Shown: in pieces, positions 18,988 through 26,162 of the stretch
Position numbering within the stretch: position 1 is the stretch's first letter
How the letters are laid out: every line of letters starts with the position of its first letter
DNA from: Pseudomonadota bacterium
GTDB taxonomy: Bacteria > Bdellovibrionota_B > Oligoflexia > Oligoflexales > RGVZ01
Direction: 5' to 3'
Assembly: GCA_041178085.1 (NCBI GenBank)
Contig: JBEGVZ010000007.1
Coordinates: 1-26,162, forward strand
Length of the DNA stretch: 26,162 nt
Made by a program: the position numbers and the translations under genes
Notes under the pieces: generated by a model
Told to the model about the DNA's origin: nothing
Databases searched by the model: none
Seen by the model: the letters and a program-made list of their open reading frames with translations, nothing else

Positions 18988-19151
18988 ACACGAACAATCG
19001 CTGATCTCGTACGATTCATCTAAGTGCCATCTGAGGCGCGTAGATTTTCGTCGGAAGTCAAAACACCTCAACAATTACGGACGCATTTAATCAATCCTGT
19101 TGGATTTGGGCTGACCCATATCAGGATGAATCACCAAACTGACGGCCAACC

Positions 19152-19295
19152 AACATGAAACACCGGCCAGGAAGACTGTGGGCAGGTTGATTCCCCTTCT
19201 CCAAGCTGTTCACACCATGACTCCGCCGACGGAGTCCGCGGACGACATCAGAAGTCACTTCATTCCATAGCGAAAACCGTAACATTCTGCCCATG
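19152..19295 (+). repeat. Copy 3 of the higA-tail/hairpin/GAAGTCACTTC repeat
   Basis: Hairpin GACTCCG-ccga-CGGAGTC at 19219-19236; GAAGTCACTTC at 19251-19261. Confidence 0.9.
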
Positions 19296-19365
19296 ACAGG
19301 TGATCGCCGCGTTCGCAGGGCAAATATCATGATAGGTATAGTTTTTATACCAAAACAGGTGATAC

Positions 19366-19546
19366 ATGTTTGATGAGTCCTTTGACCGGGGAAAGAGCGA
19401 AAGAACCATAGCAAGCCGTAGAATTGATTTTGTTGAGGCTTACAGTAAGGCAGTCGGGAATCAGAATCTTCATGGTGCGCCCGGCCCGAGACGACGAAAG
19501 GAGCGTCTACCTTGGCAATGAAATCGAAGAAACTTTCAAAAACTGA
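19366..19546 (+). pseudogene. BrnT-family toxin relic (internal deletion and frameshift)
   Basis: AGGTG RBS; MFDESFDRGKSERTIASRRIDFVEA, then in another frame GIRIFMVRPARDDERSVYLGNEIEETFKN*. Confidence 0.7.
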
Positions 19547-19748
19547 ACTGAAGCGGGACGAAAACACGAAACTTCGCAAGGGAGGCGAATGGACCAGGCG
19601 GGTGAATGTGGACATACCTGTCTGGGCAATCACGGAGCTCGACCGCGAAGCAAGCCGCAGGGGCATCACGCGTCAATCACTCATCAAAACATGGCTCATC
19701 GACCGGATTGATGCCATTCAGACCACAGGTGGTTCACGGGCGGGATAG
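19518..19748 (+). CDS. CopG/RHH (BrnA-type) antitoxin
   Basis: TRRVNVDIPVWAITELDREASRRGITRQSLIKTWLIDRI. Confidence 0.88.
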   Translation: MKSKKLSKTELKRDENTKLRKGGEWTRRVNVDIPVWAITELDREASRRGITRQSLIKTWLIDRIDAIQTTGGSRAG

Positions 19749-19761
19749 GCACGAACATATT

Positions 19762-19817
19762 GGGCACCGCCCCCCTCAATTCCGCGGCCACCCCCATCCA
19801 CCAACACCGCGACCGCT
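19762..19817 (+). repeat. ~55-bp C-rich direct repeat, copy 2 (right edge of the TA array)
   Basis: Matches 17799-17853. Confidence 0.9.
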
Positions 19818-19887
19818 CCCGTGCAGCGCCCTAACATCCCGTCTTTTAAACGTTTTTTATATCCGCCCCCGCCCCTTCTGCGCCCGT

Positions 19888-19915
19888 TCAAGTAAACCAG
19901 CTAAATAGCCGACAC
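19888..19915 (+). promoter_or_regulatory. Sigma28/FliA-like promoter
   Basis: TCAAG-N15-GCCGACAC about 40 nt upstream of the Cys-rich lipoprotein. Confidence 0.5.
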
Positions 19916-19955
19916 CACTCTAGAATTTGTCCGCCAGGAACCGGAATCGCGTCGG

Positions 19956-21581
19956 ATGGAGTCAAAGATGAACCTGCGCTCAATGTGGTGTGCTGCATCC
20001 CTTGCACTGGCGGGGTTCATCACGTCTTGCCAGCCCGCTGCACCAACAGCCGAGCAGGGCCAGACATCCGACGGTAAATCCCGCACCTCCAAAGCCACCA
20101 CACAGATCATCGCGGACGATCCCGACAAGGCCTGCGTCGCGTGCGCCTGCCTGTGGCAGAACGACCGCGATGATTCCGCCGAATCGAAAGAGAAATGCGA
20201 AGAGCTTCTGAATCCCGCAAAAGGATCGCCATGTACCCAGGGAGAGTCCTTCGGCGTAAAAACCAAAGTCACGCCCCGCCCTGGCGTCGACCCCGGGATG
20301 GCCAAGGCCAGCGAGTACCTGAAAAACGCGCAATGCGAAGACAAGCGCATGTTTTACGCAGGTCACTCCTGGTACAACGAGCCCGGAGCCAACGGCACGC
20401 CTGCCCTGTGCAGCTCCATCCGCGATCAAATCAAAAACCTGATCGATCAAAATGCAGGTAAATGCTCTGCATCCCTGAACCTGGTCAGTTACGGCTGCGG
20501 TGGCGCTGCGGACCCGACTACGACCTGGCAGCAACTTCAACTCATCTGGGCCGAACTGGAACGAAACAAAGCCAGCTTTTGCTCGTGCGGCCTTGGCATG
20601 ATCACCATCAACATCACCCTGGCTCAGTACTACCAGCACTGGGTCCCGGGTGGCATGAAACCAGAGACGCACACGCTCACCATGTGGTGCAACGACCAGA
20701 CAACGCCAGGCTATGGTTATTCTGGCCCGACCTACGGTGCATGTTCAGACTTGAAAGACGTCAAATGCTCCGAGCAGTCGATGGTGAAATGCGCCGACGG
20801 CAACGGCAACAACCTCTATGCCAAATGCTGCCCGCGCAGCATGCCGGGATCCGTGCCCCCTGTCGGCTTTTATTACTCGACCGTCACTTCCCCATATGCA
20901 GCATGCCCGGGCGATGTCAGCCAGGCGCCGAACAGCTGCGAATTGATGACCGGCACGACTTGTTCCAAGTACGAAGTCGCCCCGCTTCCCTGTAACTCGA
21001 CAAAGAGCGGACGTGACCGACTGTTCTGCGCCTGCGACGGAGCCAAAGGCTGCACGTGGCAACCCTCACAAACAGTCGGTGGACAGTGCTCCAGCAACGC
21101 AGACTGCCTGAGCGGCATTTGCGCCGCATCCACGGCCACAGAACCTCCATCCTGTCGCCCCCCGGCTGGTTCGTGCGTGGAACAGAAAAAACAGTGCAGT
21201 AAAACTAGTGACTGTTGCACCGGAGCGTGTTTGAACGGCTTCTGCAATGCAGCACATTCCCCGCTTCTGCCACGTCCCGGTACGCCAATCCCAAGGATCC
21301 CGCCGACTGACTGCCAAATCGGACCAGTGAATCCAAAAACCGGGACAAGCGATCCGTGCCCAGCCGGATACGGTTGCGCCGCCACCGACCGTACCGGATG
21401 GGCATATTCATGCCGGCCGATCATCACATGCCCCGGCAATGGCACAGCGAATCCCTCTGGGGCACCATGTTGTGTTGCTTACGGTTACGGCCTGAAACAG
21501 GGACAGGTGTGCTGCGGAGGTCTCTTCCCAAGCCCGGCTGGATTCGCGCCGAATGACACCACATTGAAGTGCATGCCCTGA
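19956..21581 (+). CDS. Cysteine-rich lipoprotein
   Basis: Lipobox-like FITSC; about 46 Cys by manual count; knottin/Dickkopf-like units CSSNADCLSGIC and CSKTSDCCTGACLNGFC; start may be 19968. Confidence 0.8.
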   Translation: MESKMNLRSMWCAASLALAGFITSCQPAAPTAEQGQTSDGKSRTSKATTQIIADDPDKACVACACLWQNDRDDSAESKEKCEELLNPAKGSPCTQGESFGVKTKVTPRPGVDPGMAKASEYLKNAQCEDKRMFYAGHSWYNEPGANGTPALCSSIRDQIKNLIDQNAGKCSASLNLVSYGCGGAADPTTTWQQLQLIWAELERNKASFCSCGLGMITINITLAQYYQHWVPGGMKPETHTLTMWCNDQTTPGYGYSGPTYGACSDLKDVKCSEQSMVKCADGNGNNLYAKCCPRSMPGSVPPVGFYYSTVTSPYAACPGDVSQAPNSCELMTGTTCSKYEVAPLPCNSTKSGRDRLFCACDGAKGCTWQPSQTVGGQCSSNADCLSGICAASTATEPPSCRPPAGSCVEQKKQCSKTSDCCTGACLNGFCNAAHSPLLPRPGTPIPRIPPTDCQIGPVNPKTGTSDPCPAGYGCAATDRTGWAYSCRPIITCPGNGTANPSGAPCCVAYGYGLKQGQVCCGGLFPSPAGFAPNDTTLKCMP

Positions 21582-21582
21582 T

Positions 21583-21621
21583 AAAAAAGCGGGCAAGGAT
21601 GCTCTCGATCTCGCCCGCTTT
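21583..21621. terminator. Intrinsic terminator between convergent genes
   Basis: AAAGCGGGC...GCCCGCTTT stem; the A6 run gives a U-tract on the minus strand. Confidence 0.75.
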
Positions 21622-21644
21622 AACCCCAATCCAGTTTTACGGCC

Positions 21645-22265
21645 CTAGAGTCGGTGGTGCACTCCACCACCACGCGGGTAGTAGTAGTAACCATACCCAG
21701 GACGGTACCAACCCGGATACGGGTAACGGTAGGTTGGCCCAAGAGGCGCACCGTACCATCCGCTGTAACCACCTGCATAACCCCACCCGGGCGCCGGCGT
21801 GTAGGTGTAGCCTGGACCGTAACCAAACGAGAACGCTGAGCCAGGACCGCTCCATCCGAAGTAGAAGCCCGGAGCTCCGTAATGCCAGCCCACGCGCGAA
21901 TTGACGTAGCCTGGTGCAAATCCCGGACGCCACGTGTAAAAACCATCCGGAGGCGGCTGGGCGATCGTCGCATCGGCGGCAGCTAATCCCGCCACCTGCA
22001 GATAGCCAGGCGCCTTGGCTTCCTTCCACGCGGCCTCTGCAGACTGGTGATCCGTCACCCGCTGCTCCGCCGCCTGTCCTTCCAAAACACGCAACTGGGC
22101 CTTCTGCAAAACGGGATGTCCAAATTTGTCAAACGGGACACGCACAATCACTGCTCCGCGCTGAGCGAGCGCCGCTTGCAGATTTTCGTCAATCGCCGTT
22201 TCGGCCAATGCCGCTGGCGCCAAACACATGAAAATCGCTGCCAGAAAATGTCGGGTTCGTCGCAT
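21645..22265 (-). CDS. Secreted protein with a Gly/Tyr/Pro-rich C-terminal tail
   Basis: AAGGAGG RBS; signal peptide ending ALA; GYGPGYTY...PGYGYYYYPRGGG. Confidence 0.8.
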   Translation of the reverse strand: MRRTRHFLAAIFMCLAPAALAETAIDENLQAALAQRGAVIVRVPFDKFGHPVLQKAQLRVLEGQAAEQRVTDHQSAEAAWKEAKAPGYLQVAGLAAADATIAQPPPDGFYTWRPGFAPGYVNSRVGWHYGAPGFYFGWSGPGSAFSFGYGPGYTYTPAPGWGYAGGYSGWYGAPLGPTYRYPYPGWYRPGYGYYYYPRGGGVHHRL

Positions 22266-22384
22266 GATGATCCTCCTTGAATTGATACACCGGTGCCGGT
22301 TCTAGCAATCCGGATACCAATTCTCTGAGGAAGGCTATTTCAGCGGAAGAAGAGGCCGCCTGGAATTTGCCGCGTGCGCTGTTC

Positions 22385-22792
22385 TTACGGCAAGCCCAGA
22401 TGCCATGTCTGTGGGCAACGCCACGACTTGGTCCCCTTGTAGGCGAGCGGCCCCAGGTCTGTGTCGTAATACTTGTCATTCACATAAGGAGCGACGGTAT
22501 CGATACAAGCACGAAAAAGATCCGACGAAAAAAAACTGCTGGATGCACTCGAGACGGTAACAGCTAAAGGCACCCCGCATGGGATACCTAACACTGTGGT
22601 CGTGCCAGCGACATAAATCGTCCCGTCGATCAGATAGCCAGCACCGCTAAGTAGCCATGAGGCTGGTTCGGTGATGATCCGGGGCGCCTGGTTGACCCAG
22701 GTCGTTTCTTCCATTTCAGGACAGCTGCCGCCCACCGCTGAACCTGCATTCAGTGCGGCTACCGCGCAAAGAATCAACAGCAAGCGTCTCAT
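22385..22792 (-). CDS. Hypothetical secreted protein
   Basis: AGGGAGG RBS; MRRLLLILCAVAAL signal peptide. Confidence 0.65.
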   Translation of the reverse strand: MRRLLLILCAVAALNAGSAVGGSCPEMEETTWVNQAPRIITEPASWLLSGAGYLIDGTIYVAGTTTVLGIPCGVPLAVTVSSASSSFFSSDLFRACIDTVAPYVNDKYYDTDLGPLAYKGTKSWRCPQTWHLGLP

Positions 22793-22812
22793 CTTATGTC
22801 CCTCCCTGAAGT

Positions 22813-23589
22813 TTACATTTCCGGGCTGGTCCGATCGTGACACATGTAACATGCATCTGACGCAGGTTGCTGCGGCCTGACCGATCCCGGACGCGTCCCT
22901 TTGATCAGGTCAAACATACAATCGGGATACTGCTCTGCAGGCAAAGCCATGATCCCGATTTTTCCTTCTTTCGGCACCGGGGACAGCCGAATCATGGGTG
23001 GCCCTTCGCATAAAAACAACCCTCGACCAGGTAGAGTTCCCTGATCCACGCGTTCGAAAGCACAAAACTCTTTGCCACTTTTGTCCTTGCAAGGACACCG
23101 ATCAAAGTCAACCTGCCGCGGCCAGGCAATGTCTGTGGGATTGGGATTCCCCCTTACGACAAGGCATGCGATGCACTTCATCACAGGCTCATTCTTCAGC
23201 TTTTGAATGCACTGATTTACTTTGGCGTTGTCAGCGTAATCTTCCGGGCGGGGCTGAGAAGAAGGAGCGGGAGATGAAGGCGGCGGCACCGGACTTGCCT
23301 GCGGTTTCGGTGAAGCCGCCGGTGCAGGCGCTGCAGGAACTGACACGACTCCCAGCGCACCAGCAAAGGAACTCGCGCCCCCTGCTTCCGCTAACCCCAG
23401 ATATTTGGCAGGTACTGGCTGACGGCAACTCAAACCAACTGCCTTGGCGATTTGCATATGCTCGGATGGCGACAGTCGCCGCACCCCTTGCTGGCGATCA
23501 GTCGCCGTTTGGATGCGCGCGCACCCGAAGGTCACCGACATGACAGTAAGAAGAACGCCGAGTTGCCTGCACAGCTTTCCCAAAAACAT
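22813..23589 (-). CDS. Lipoprotein with a Pro-rich linker and a C-terminal CXXCH (putative c-type cytochrome)
   Basis: GGAGG RBS; lipobox-like TFGC; ends ACYMCHDRTSPEM*. Confidence 0.65.
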   Translation of the reverse strand: MFLGKLCRQLGVLLTVMSVTFGCARIQTATDRQQGVRRLSPSEHMQIAKAVGLSCRQPVPAKYLGLAEAGGASSFAGALGVVSVPAAPAPAASPKPQASPVPPPSSPAPSSQPRPEDYADNAKVNQCIQKLKNEPVMKCIACLVVRGNPNPTDIAWPRQVDFDRCPCKDKSGKEFCAFERVDQGTLPGRGLFLCEGPPMIRLSPVPKEGKIGIMALPAEQYPDCMFDLIKGTRPGSVRPQQPASDACYMCHDRTSPEM

Positions 23590-23608
23590 GCTTGAGCCTC
23601 CATACAAG

Positions 23609-23636
23609 GTATCGGAAGGCCACGCCACGTTCTTTA
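23609..23636 (-). promoter_or_regulatory. Sigma28/FliA-like promoter
   Basis: TAAAG-N15-TCCGATAC 20 nt upstream of ATG 23589. Confidence 0.55.
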
Positions 23637-23749
23637 AAGCAACCAGGATTCAAAGAAATTATCCAATCATTGCAGGAAATTCCGGCTAATTAACCTTGGT
23701 AGCGGAGCCCTGGCTCTTCGCCGTTTTTGCGACCGGCACGCCAGCCGTT

Positions 23750-25561
23750 TCAACTTTCCCGCAGGGATTCCAGGCGAGCCCTGATCTCGACTTCGGATCC
23801 TCCGGGGAAATCCGCCACCAGGCGCCCCTCGTCCAGAACCAGGATCCGGTCACAGAAGGCGAGCGTCTTCAACTTATGAGCGATGATCAGGCAGGTGCAT
23901 CCACCCATACATGAATCCAGCGCCTTCAAGGCACGCTCTTCAATCACCTGGTCGATGCTGGCTGTCGCTTCGTCCAGAATCAGGATACGCGGCTTGCGCA
24001 CAATCGCACGCGTCAGTGCAATCAACTGCTTTTCGCCGGCACTGAAGTTTTCGCCGTTCGAATACACCGCCGAATCAAGGCCGTGGTCGAAGCGTCCCGT
24101 ATGGTCTTCGCGCATGACTGCGCCAAGGCCACTGCGTTCACAAGCATCCAGCAATGCATCATCGGTCGCCCCGTCCAACGCCGGGAAACCAAGCAAGTTG
24201 TCGCGCAGCGTCCCACGAAACAACAGTGAATCCTGTGTTGAAAAGCTGATCTGGCGCCGCAGTGCTACCTTGTCCCACTCGTCATGAGGCACACCGTCAA
24301 CATGCACCTGCCCTTCCGCAGGCGTGTACAGTGCCGGGATCAAACTGACCAGCGAAGTCTTCCCGCTTCCCGTGCGCCCGACAATACCGACACGCTCCCC
24401 GGCCTTGATCAGGATGTCGATATTCTCCAAAACCGCGCGATTGCCGTCATAATTCAGGCGCACGCCACGAAACGCCAATTCGCCGCGTACGCTCTCCGCG
24501 TGGCCCGAACTCGTCACACCAACCCCCGCCGCCGCGCCAATTCTGCGTGCTTCAGGCTCAACTTCCGCCCCAAGCATCGCGTGGACACGCTCACCGGATG
24601 ACAACGCTTCCTGAATCACCTGGATTTCCTGCGTGATGGTACGCACAGGCGTGCTGTATCGCTCGGCAAGGCGCAGAAAAACCGCCAGCGTGCCGATGCT
24701 CATCGCCCCCGCCGCCACACGCATCCCGCCGTCGTAAATGACCCAGGCCATGGGCAGCATGCTCAGGAATACGCCGGCCGGGCGAACCAGGCTGTTCCAG
24801 TAAAGAACCTTCATCCCGGACTTGAATTGCCGCTGCACCGCTTCGCCAAGACGCCCCTTCGCCCACCCCTCAATCCCACAGGAACGCAACACGGAAATGC
24901 CGCTGACAAATTCCGCGAACAGGCTATTGACGTGAGCTGACTGCCGCTTGAACTCCCGCAACCCCTTGCGGACTGGTCCATTCATGGCAAAAACAAAAAC
25001 CAGGGCAGGCAAAGAAGTTGCGATCACCGAGATCCCGAAACGGGGATCCACCAGAATCAATCCAGCGAAGACCGCCACCATCTGAATCACGGCAATCAGC
25101 ATCCGCGCCAGCGTACCGCCGAAAAAACCTTCGATACCTTCGACGTCACTCGTCAGGCGGGTCAAGATGCGCCCGACTGGCTGGCGGTCGAAGTAGGACA
25201 TCGGCAAGCGTGACTGCTTTTCGATCAGGGCAAGGCGTGTCTCCAACGCCACATCCGTGGTAACTACGGCAAGACGCCGCCGCCCGAAATATTGGAGCGC
25301 CACGGCAAGCGCCTCGAAAGACAGGAAGACCAGCCCATAAATCAGGGACTCCCGCCATCGTCCAGCGACGAGCGCGTCAATCCCCGGCCCCATGACCCAA
25401 GACGCACCCGTGGCAAAACCCGCCGCCACCACCAGGATGCCACCTGCGGCGATCATCGCCGGCTTGGCTGGACCAGCAAGATCCCACAGTGCGCGTATCC
25501 CCGTCACCTTGACGTCACCCACTGCGCGCAGCGCATCAGATTGGATCGCATCAGACGTCAA
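23750..25561 (-). CDS. ABC exporter, fused permease/ATPase (MdlB-like)
   Basis: TM domain with YFDRQPVGRILTRLTSDVE; GRTGSGKT, FSAGEKQ, LILDEAT, IAHK. Confidence 0.93.
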   Translation of the reverse strand: MTSDAIQSDALRAVGDVKVTGIRALWDLAGPAKPAMIAAGGILVVAAGFATGASWVMGPGIDALVAGRWRESLIYGLVFLSFEALAVALQYFGRRRLAVVTTDVALETRLALIEKQSRLPMSYFDRQPVGRILTRLTSDVEGIEGFFGGTLARMLIAVIQMVAVFAGLILVDPRFGISVIATSLPALVFVFAMNGPVRKGLREFKRQSAHVNSLFAEFVSGISVLRSCGIEGWAKGRLGEAVQRQFKSGMKVLYWNSLVRPAGVFLSMLPMAWVIYDGGMRVAAGAMSIGTLAVFLRLAERYSTPVRTITQEIQVIQEALSSGERVHAMLGAEVEPEARRIGAAAGVGVTSSGHAESVRGELAFRGVRLNYDGNRAVLENIDILIKAGERVGIVGRTGSGKTSLVSLIPALYTPAEGQVHVDGVPHDEWDKVALRRQISFSTQDSLLFRGTLRDNLLGFPALDGATDDALLDACERSGLGAVMREDHTGRFDHGLDSAVYSNGENFSAGEKQLIALTRAIVRKPRILILDEATASIDQVIEERALKALDSCMGGCTCLIIAHKLKTLAFCDRILVLDEGRLVADFPGGSEVEIRARLESLRES

Positions 25562-26162
25562 ACATCACCTCAAACAAATTTTTGCGCCCGGCGGGCCGAC
25601 CCTGGCCGGCAACACCCTCGCGCTCAAACAGACGGACCCGTCCCTCTGCCACGCGCAGCTCCACCACGCGGTCACAGGCATCCAAAACACCCTGCCGGTG
25701 CGAAACCATGATGACCGTGGCGCCAGCCAGCACCTTGCGCAAGTTACCCAGGATTTTTGTTTCGGTGGCTTCATCAAGAGCGCTCAGCGGCGAATCAAGC
25801 AGCATGACAGGCGCCTTTCGCAAAAGGGCGCGCGCAATCGTCAGCCTTTGCCGCTGCCCCCCCGACAAATTGGCGCCGCCCTCGTGAAGCCTTGCATCAA
25901 GACCCCGGCCGTCACTCCCGTCAACGCTTTCACCGGTGCCCATGTTGCGGACCTCGGCCCCGAGTTCGACCAGGTCCAAAGCCCGCCACAGCTCCTCATC
26001 CGTGCACCGCGTGCCCAGCTCCAGGTTTTCACGCACCGTGCCCGAAAAAACGAACGGCCGCTGCGGCAGGTAAGTCACCCCATCAACCAGGATTTCTCCC
26101 GAAGCGTCCGGGTGAATCCCGGCAATCGTCGCCAAAAGCAAAGACTTCCCTGCCCCAATCCG
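25551..26162 (-). CDS. ABC exporter C-terminal NBD (MdlA-like), partial
   Basis: Frame open to the window end: RIGAGKS Walker A, LSGGQRQR, degenerate Walker B MLLDSPLSALD, VSHR; overlaps the next gene's start. Confidence 0.9.
   Translation of the reverse strand, partial: RIGAGKSLLLATIAGIHPDASGEILVDGVTYLPQRPFVFSGTVRENLELGTRCTDEELWRALDLVELGAEVRNMGTGESVDGSDGRGLDARLHEGGANLSGGQRQRLTIARALLRKAPVMLLDSPLSALDEATETKILGNLRKVLAGATVIMVSHRQGVLDACDRVVELRVAEGRVRLFEREGVAGQGRPAGRKNLFEVMFDV

Noticed and set aside
11232..19817. Repeats as a CRISPR array or classical integron attC sites
   Set aside because: Spacing is irregular and kb-scale, there are no cas genes or integrase, and I found no paired RYYYAAC/GTTRRRY boxes.
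20883..20890. GTCACTTC inside the Cys-rich gene as a seventh site
   Set aside because: It lies within a coding region with no hairpin or downstream TA module; likely chance.
19901..21556. Multiple overlapping alternative-frame ORFs within the Cys-rich gene
   Set aside because: Expected shadows in GC-rich coding DNA; no independent signals.
25780..25815. Degenerate Walker B (LLDSP) as a novelty
   Set aside because: A degenerate site is normal for heterodimeric ABC exporters.

Overview
Bacterial accessory region in three parts. (1) 1-9620 is a defence-island-like block. On the minus strand are a DUF1232-like small protein, a SNF2/DrmD-like helicase and the 5' end of a large type IIG/DrmMI-like methylase that runs off the window. 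The block also holds a secreted trypsin-like protease, a secreted hypothetical protein, an SRA-like/HNH nuclease and a YaaW-like protein. (2) About 9700-19820 contains an N-formylglutamate amidohydrolase, a lipoprotein and an AAA14-DUF4143 ATPase, then a co-oriented array of seven type II toxin-antitoxin modules. Five of the seven toxins appear broken while all seven antitoxins are intact. Six of the seven modules have GTCACTTC about 100-200 nt upstream. The spacers are mosaics of short, slightly diverged copies of neighbouring genes, including an in-frame chimeric antitoxin. (3) About 19900-26162 encodes Cys-rich and other secreted proteins or lipoproteins (two with sigma28-like promoters) and a heterodimeric ABC exporter. 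No integrase, transposase, RNA gene or CRISPR array is visible. Family assignments come from motif recognition only; no database search was run.
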